Below are positions 62,961-64,000 of a stretch of DNA of 64,000 nucleotides, piece after piece (position 1 is the first letter of the stretch; each line of letters opens with the position of its first letter). Source of the stretch: Guillardia theta CCMP2712 (Eukaryota; Protista; Cryptophyta); NCBI RefSeq assembly GCF_000315625.1, contig NW_005434668.1, positions 242,938 through 306,937 of the forward strand. Direction: 5' to 3'. The notes below the pieces were generated by a model. It had not been told where the DNA came from. It did not search any database and saw only the letters and a list, made by a program, of their open reading frames with translations. The position numbers were made by a program, and so were the translations under genes.

Positions 62961-64000
62961 ATGCAGTCAAGCAAGGGGCTGTTGATAGTGATGTCGTTGT
63001 TATCGACAGACTTTGCTTATGTCACAGGCTTTATGCTCTCTATATCTCATCTGCGCCTGCACACTTCTTCCTTGAAGCTGCGTCCCGCCACCTTGTTGTC
63101 ACCTGGCCTAGCAATGATGAAAAGGAGTGAAGTTTTGAGCAATAGAATTTCAATGAGCTCGCAAGAATCGCGTTTGTCTTCGAGAGATCCTAGTGTCTTG
63201 TTTCCAATATTCTTATGCACTGCAGTTGTCAACAGGATTCTGTACCGTGTGCAACTGGTGCCCATGAAAGAGTACACCTACTTCATTTCCCAGTTTGCAA
63301 CTCTCAGCTATGTGCTTGCTTACAGCATCTTGTTGGTTCAACGGAAGTCAATAGGAAAGGTGAATGACTCAATGATCCAATACGCCAGAAACAATTGGAA
63401 CATCTTCGCCATCATAGGTGCACTTGAAGCCTTGACTTTTCTCCTTGCATTGTACTCCGCCGCTCGCCTCCCTGGCAGTCTCATCAGTGTCATCGGCCAA
63501 GGAGGAATTCTGTGGTCTGTGCTGTTTGCTCGTCTTCTTCTCAAGAAGTCTTTTGACAAGCTGCAGCTTCTCGGCGTTTTCGTGGTTCTGATCGGTGTGC
63601 TCACTTGTACTGTCCCACAGCTGCCAGCAGGAGCCCTTGTCACACAGCAGCATCGTATAGAGCTCTGGGCATACTCAGGATTATACCTTCTCTCCTCTGC
63701 ATTCTCCGCTATTTCTTTCACGCTCAAGGAGAAATGCCTCAAGGAGGGTGAATTGGACATCATCATCGTCAGCTGCTTTGGTTCGTTGGCACAGTGCATA
63801 TTCACGTTTCTGCTGCTCCCCTTGACTCTAGCGATTGCGACCAGCTTGCCTCCACAGGTTTACTTCCAAAAAGGTCTTGCTGCCTTCAGTGGAGCAACAC
63901 ATTCCTGCATGCCCTGGCTATTCTTCGCGTATATGATCGCAAACTTGAGCCTGAATCTATCTGGGATTGCCCTTACAAAGAGGGGCGGAGCAGTGGGAAC
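62961..64000 (+). CDS. CRT-like (CLT) drug/metabolite-superfamily transporter with bipartite plastid leader; runs off the right edge (not in ORF track)
   Basis: ATG at 62961, MQSSKGLLIVMSLLSTDFAYVTG|FML..., then VVNRILYRVQLVPMKEYTYFISQ, IGALEALTFLL, LPGSLISVIGQ, QLLGVFVVLIG, TLKEK; multiple TM helices; open to the end of the window. Confidence 0.85.
   Translation, partial: MQSSKGLLIVMSLLSTDFAYVTGFMLSISHLRLHTSSLKLRPATLLSPGLAMMKRSEVLSNRISMSSQESRLSSRDPSVLFPIFLCTAVVNRILYRVQLVPMKEYTYFISQFATLSYVLAYSILLVQRKSIGKVNDSMIQYARNNWNIFAIIGALEALTFLLALYSAARLPGSLISVIGQGGILWSVLFARLLLKKSFDKLQLLGVFVVLIGVLTCTVPQLPAGALVTQQHRIELWAYSGLYLLSSAFSAISFTLKEKCLKEGELDIIIVSCFGSLAQCIFTFLLLPLTLAIATSLPPQVYFQKGLAAFSGATHSCMPWLFFAYMIANLSLNLSGIALTKRGGAVG

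Overview
Eukaryotic nuclear DNA, gene-dense, with many ~40-60 nt GT-AG introns and several proteins carrying bipartite (signal + Phe-start transit) plastid leaders or an RLRGG motif. This fits a secondary-red-plastid alga, most likely a cryptophyte such as Guillardia (inference). Left half: a secreted protein cut by the left edge (absent from the ORF track), a kinesin-4-like motor with a p25alpha/TPPP-like tail, a coiled-coil/kinase/RBR-like fusion gene, a small bacterial-like ORF, a 2OG-Fe(II) oxygenase, a PAO-like Rieske oxygenase, a GT-B-like protein, an ankyrin protein and a hypothetical gene. Middle (25287-31372): a nested, non-autonomous mobile structure. Two inverted copies of a ~590 bp MITE-like unit with TG..CA ends and a GTGAT 5-bp duplication enclose a second 4.3 kb TIR element that carries a minisatellite and a kinase fragment. 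Right half: two convergent giant secreted beta-sandwich repeat genes (~5,940 aa after removing 4 introns, and ~3,000 aa) whose stops are 31 bp apart and which share a repeat type, then a PDZ gene, ispE and a CRT-like transporter (cut by the right edge). GC-rich intergenic islands at three divergent gene pairs share an exact 17-mer, TTTACTCAAAGTTAAGT. No rRNA, tRNA or CRISPR recognised. Family assignments come from motif recognition by eye, not database searches.
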